Assembly (NCBI GenBank): GCA_013239625.1
Contig: MU053557.1
Coordinates: forward strand, 5,095,842 to 5,159,841
Direction of reading: 5' to 3'
DNA from: Lama guanicoe
Taxonomy: Eukaryota
DNA length: 64,000 bases
Shown: positions 62,135 to 64,000 of the stretch, piece by piece
How positions within the stretch are numbered: position 1 is the first letter of the stretch
How the letters are laid out: each line of letters begins with the position of its first letter
The notes under the pieces: model-generated
The model's database searches: none
What the model saw: the letters and a program-made list of their open reading frames with translations, nothing else
Told to the model about the DNA's origin: nothing
Made by a program: the position numbers and the translations under genes

Positions 62135-62780
62135 TATTCATTTACTGTCCAATTGTTACTTTTATTAAGCACTTACTATGTGCTGAGTTCTAGGGACACA
62201 GTGGTGAGCACTAATAAAATGCCCATGCAAGTAAATGTTTAATTACCAACTGTGATAAGCTTTGAAGGCTCAGGACCTGTAGAAGGCTGTGAGGGGGTAC
62301 AACAGGGCTCCTCGTGTGGTCTGCATGGGTCAAGGAAAGCTCCCTCGAGGAGGTGAAGAGTAAAGGATATATATAAGATAACCAGGTGGAGCATCTATGT
62401 TCAGGATGATGTTCCAGGCAGAGGGAACAGCATGTGCAAAGGTCCTGTGTGGGGAGAGATCCTGGCAAGAGCCAAGGGTGGAGAGACCAGTGAGGTCAAA
62501 AGTTGGGTAGGAGGTAGGTTAATACTGTGAAACGATACTGGACAGGTAGGCAGAAGCCAGATCACACAGAACCTTACAGGCCTCGGGAAGGGTTCTGCTC
62601 TTTGCCCCACAGGAATCGAGGGCAAGCAGGGTCTTAAACAGGGTCCACTAGGGTCAGATCTGCATCTCAAGAATTTCACTGTGGCTGCTGGGTATCCAGC
62701 ATCCTAGAGGGAGTGGAGTAGAAGCAGGACGCCATGGCTGCCAGAAAGATGTGAGTTGCTGGTGGTGTGGACTGGGTCAT
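62135..62780 (-). mobile_element. L2 LINE 3' fragment
   Basis: tttattaagcacttactatgtgc...gaggaggtga...gttccaggcagagggaacagcatgtgcaaaggtcctg...tcactgtggctgctgg. Confidence 0.85.
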
Positions 62781-63737
62781 TCAGAACTTGAAGTGTTAAC
62801 GCAGTGATTGGGCATAGAGGAGGATCTGGAAGCCCAGAGGCCTTCATCTCTTCCAGCAAGTGCTTCAGGTCTCCTGTGTAATAATCTCAGGAACAGCCAT
62901 TATCTTTTGAGCACTTACTTTGCACCAGACACAATGCAAGCCCTTCTCATTAAATCCTCATAAGAACCCTAAGCCTATGATTATCCCCCATGTTACTGAG
63001 GCTCAGAGAGGTTAACTCACTCAGCCACAGGCACACAGCTCAGCCCCCAACTGTTCAGCTGCTCTAGGTTGACAGTCCCCTAGAAGGGTGTCTTCCAGTC
63101 AAATTTGACCCTTCTCAAGGCTCAGCCTGAGCCCCTGCCTCCTGTGCTGGTTGCTCCAGTGACCCTCAGCGCACGTCCACCCTGACCGTAAGAACTAGTT
63201 CAGAGCTGGGCTGGAAAAGCATTGTCTCATGTGACACAAGGGGACACAGCCCAGTGGCCCTTGCTCCCCCATTCCTCCCAGCCCTCTGGCTTCTGACGTG
63301 AGCTGAAACGGCTGGGTCTCTGGGTTTCACATGTCGCCTGCCTCCTGGGGATTCAGATGATCTCTGCCACTTGTTTTTATTTTGCCTCTTTATTTCCTCC
63401 CTTCTCTTCCTTTCCCTTTGCTCCCACCCTGTCCCCATCTGTTGCTGCCCCATGGGGGTCTTTCCCTCCCCTCCCACATGTGCAGGCAGGACTTGAAATG
63501 GACGCAGAGGCCTTCTGCCTTTGGGCCTTTCAGGAAGGAAAGAAACTAGCAATTTGGGCAGCTGTTACCTGCCAGGCACTCGGCTAGGCCGTTGGCTTGT
63601 GTGGTCTTACGTAACGCTCGCAGCAGTCCCGTGAGGTGTACACATCGTTAGCTCTGCTCTGCAGATGGGGGCTCGAAGGATTTAGGTGCTGGACCCAAGG
63701 TTACATGTTACAAGTGGTCTTCTGGTTTAAAATTTTT

Positions 63738-63900
63738 TTGCTTCCCAAACCTTAATGTGCATATGAATAACCTAGGGATCTTATTAAAATACAGATTCTG
63801 ATTCAGAAGATCTTGGGATTCAGTGTGAGACTGCAGAATTTAACAAGCTCTAAGCCAGGCTCATGCTGCTGGTCTGTGGACCACACCTTGAGTAGCAGAG
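63738..63900. mobile_element. MER5-type hAT-Charlie MITE
   Basis: gcttcccaaaccttaatgtgcatatgaataacctagggatcttattaaaatacagattctgattcag...tgctgctggtctgtggaccacaccttgagtagca. Confidence 0.8.
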
Positions 63901-64000
63901 TGAGGGACTAGCACATCTCCCACGGGCCCTCCCATGACGCCATCAAAGACACGCATCACGTGACATATCCCTCAATGCTCGCCACCTCCACCTCCATCTT

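Larger units (their letters stand above)
4411..64000 (+). other. PPARGC1B: PPARGC1B intron 1 (partial, extends past the window end)
   Basis: Begins with GT at 4411. No exon-2-like peptide (recalled as GGGSGEEQLYADFPELDLSQL) appears in the ORF track. Intron 1 is known to be very long in mammals. Confidence 0.85.

Noticed and set aside
1..64000. Prokaryotic-type systems (CRISPR arrays, operons, defence loci) or a new nested gene
   Set aside because: The sequence is eutherian intronic DNA; I saw no regularly spaced repeat array, multi-exon nested gene or retrocopy.

Overview
This is mammalian genomic DNA, most likely from a camelid, judged by three tRNA-derived SINEs resembling Vic-1; I recognised no Alu, B1/B2, Bov-A/BovB, PRE-1 or SINEC copies. 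The window holds the 5' end of PPARGC1B (PGC-1beta) on the + strand. That comprises a CpG-island promoter (~3980-6250), coding exon 1 (4333-4410, [26 protein letters not shown]) and ~59.6 kb of intron 1 running off the window; exon 2 was not seen. Intron 1 hosts the MIR378A hairpin (6774-6839), which is visibly built from two head-to-head MIR SINEs. The left edge is a 5'-truncated L1 whose ORF2 endonuclease frame is uninterrupted over 127 codons; the ORF track missed it. The rest is ancient repeats (MIR, L2, old L1, MLT1, hAT DNA transposons), microsatellites, one 154-bp N gap inside a SINE tail, and several candidate regulatory elements. Almost all ORF-track entries are spurious. I found no convincing previously undescribed biological system. 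Repeat subfamily names come from recalled consensus sequences and most repeat boundaries are approximate.
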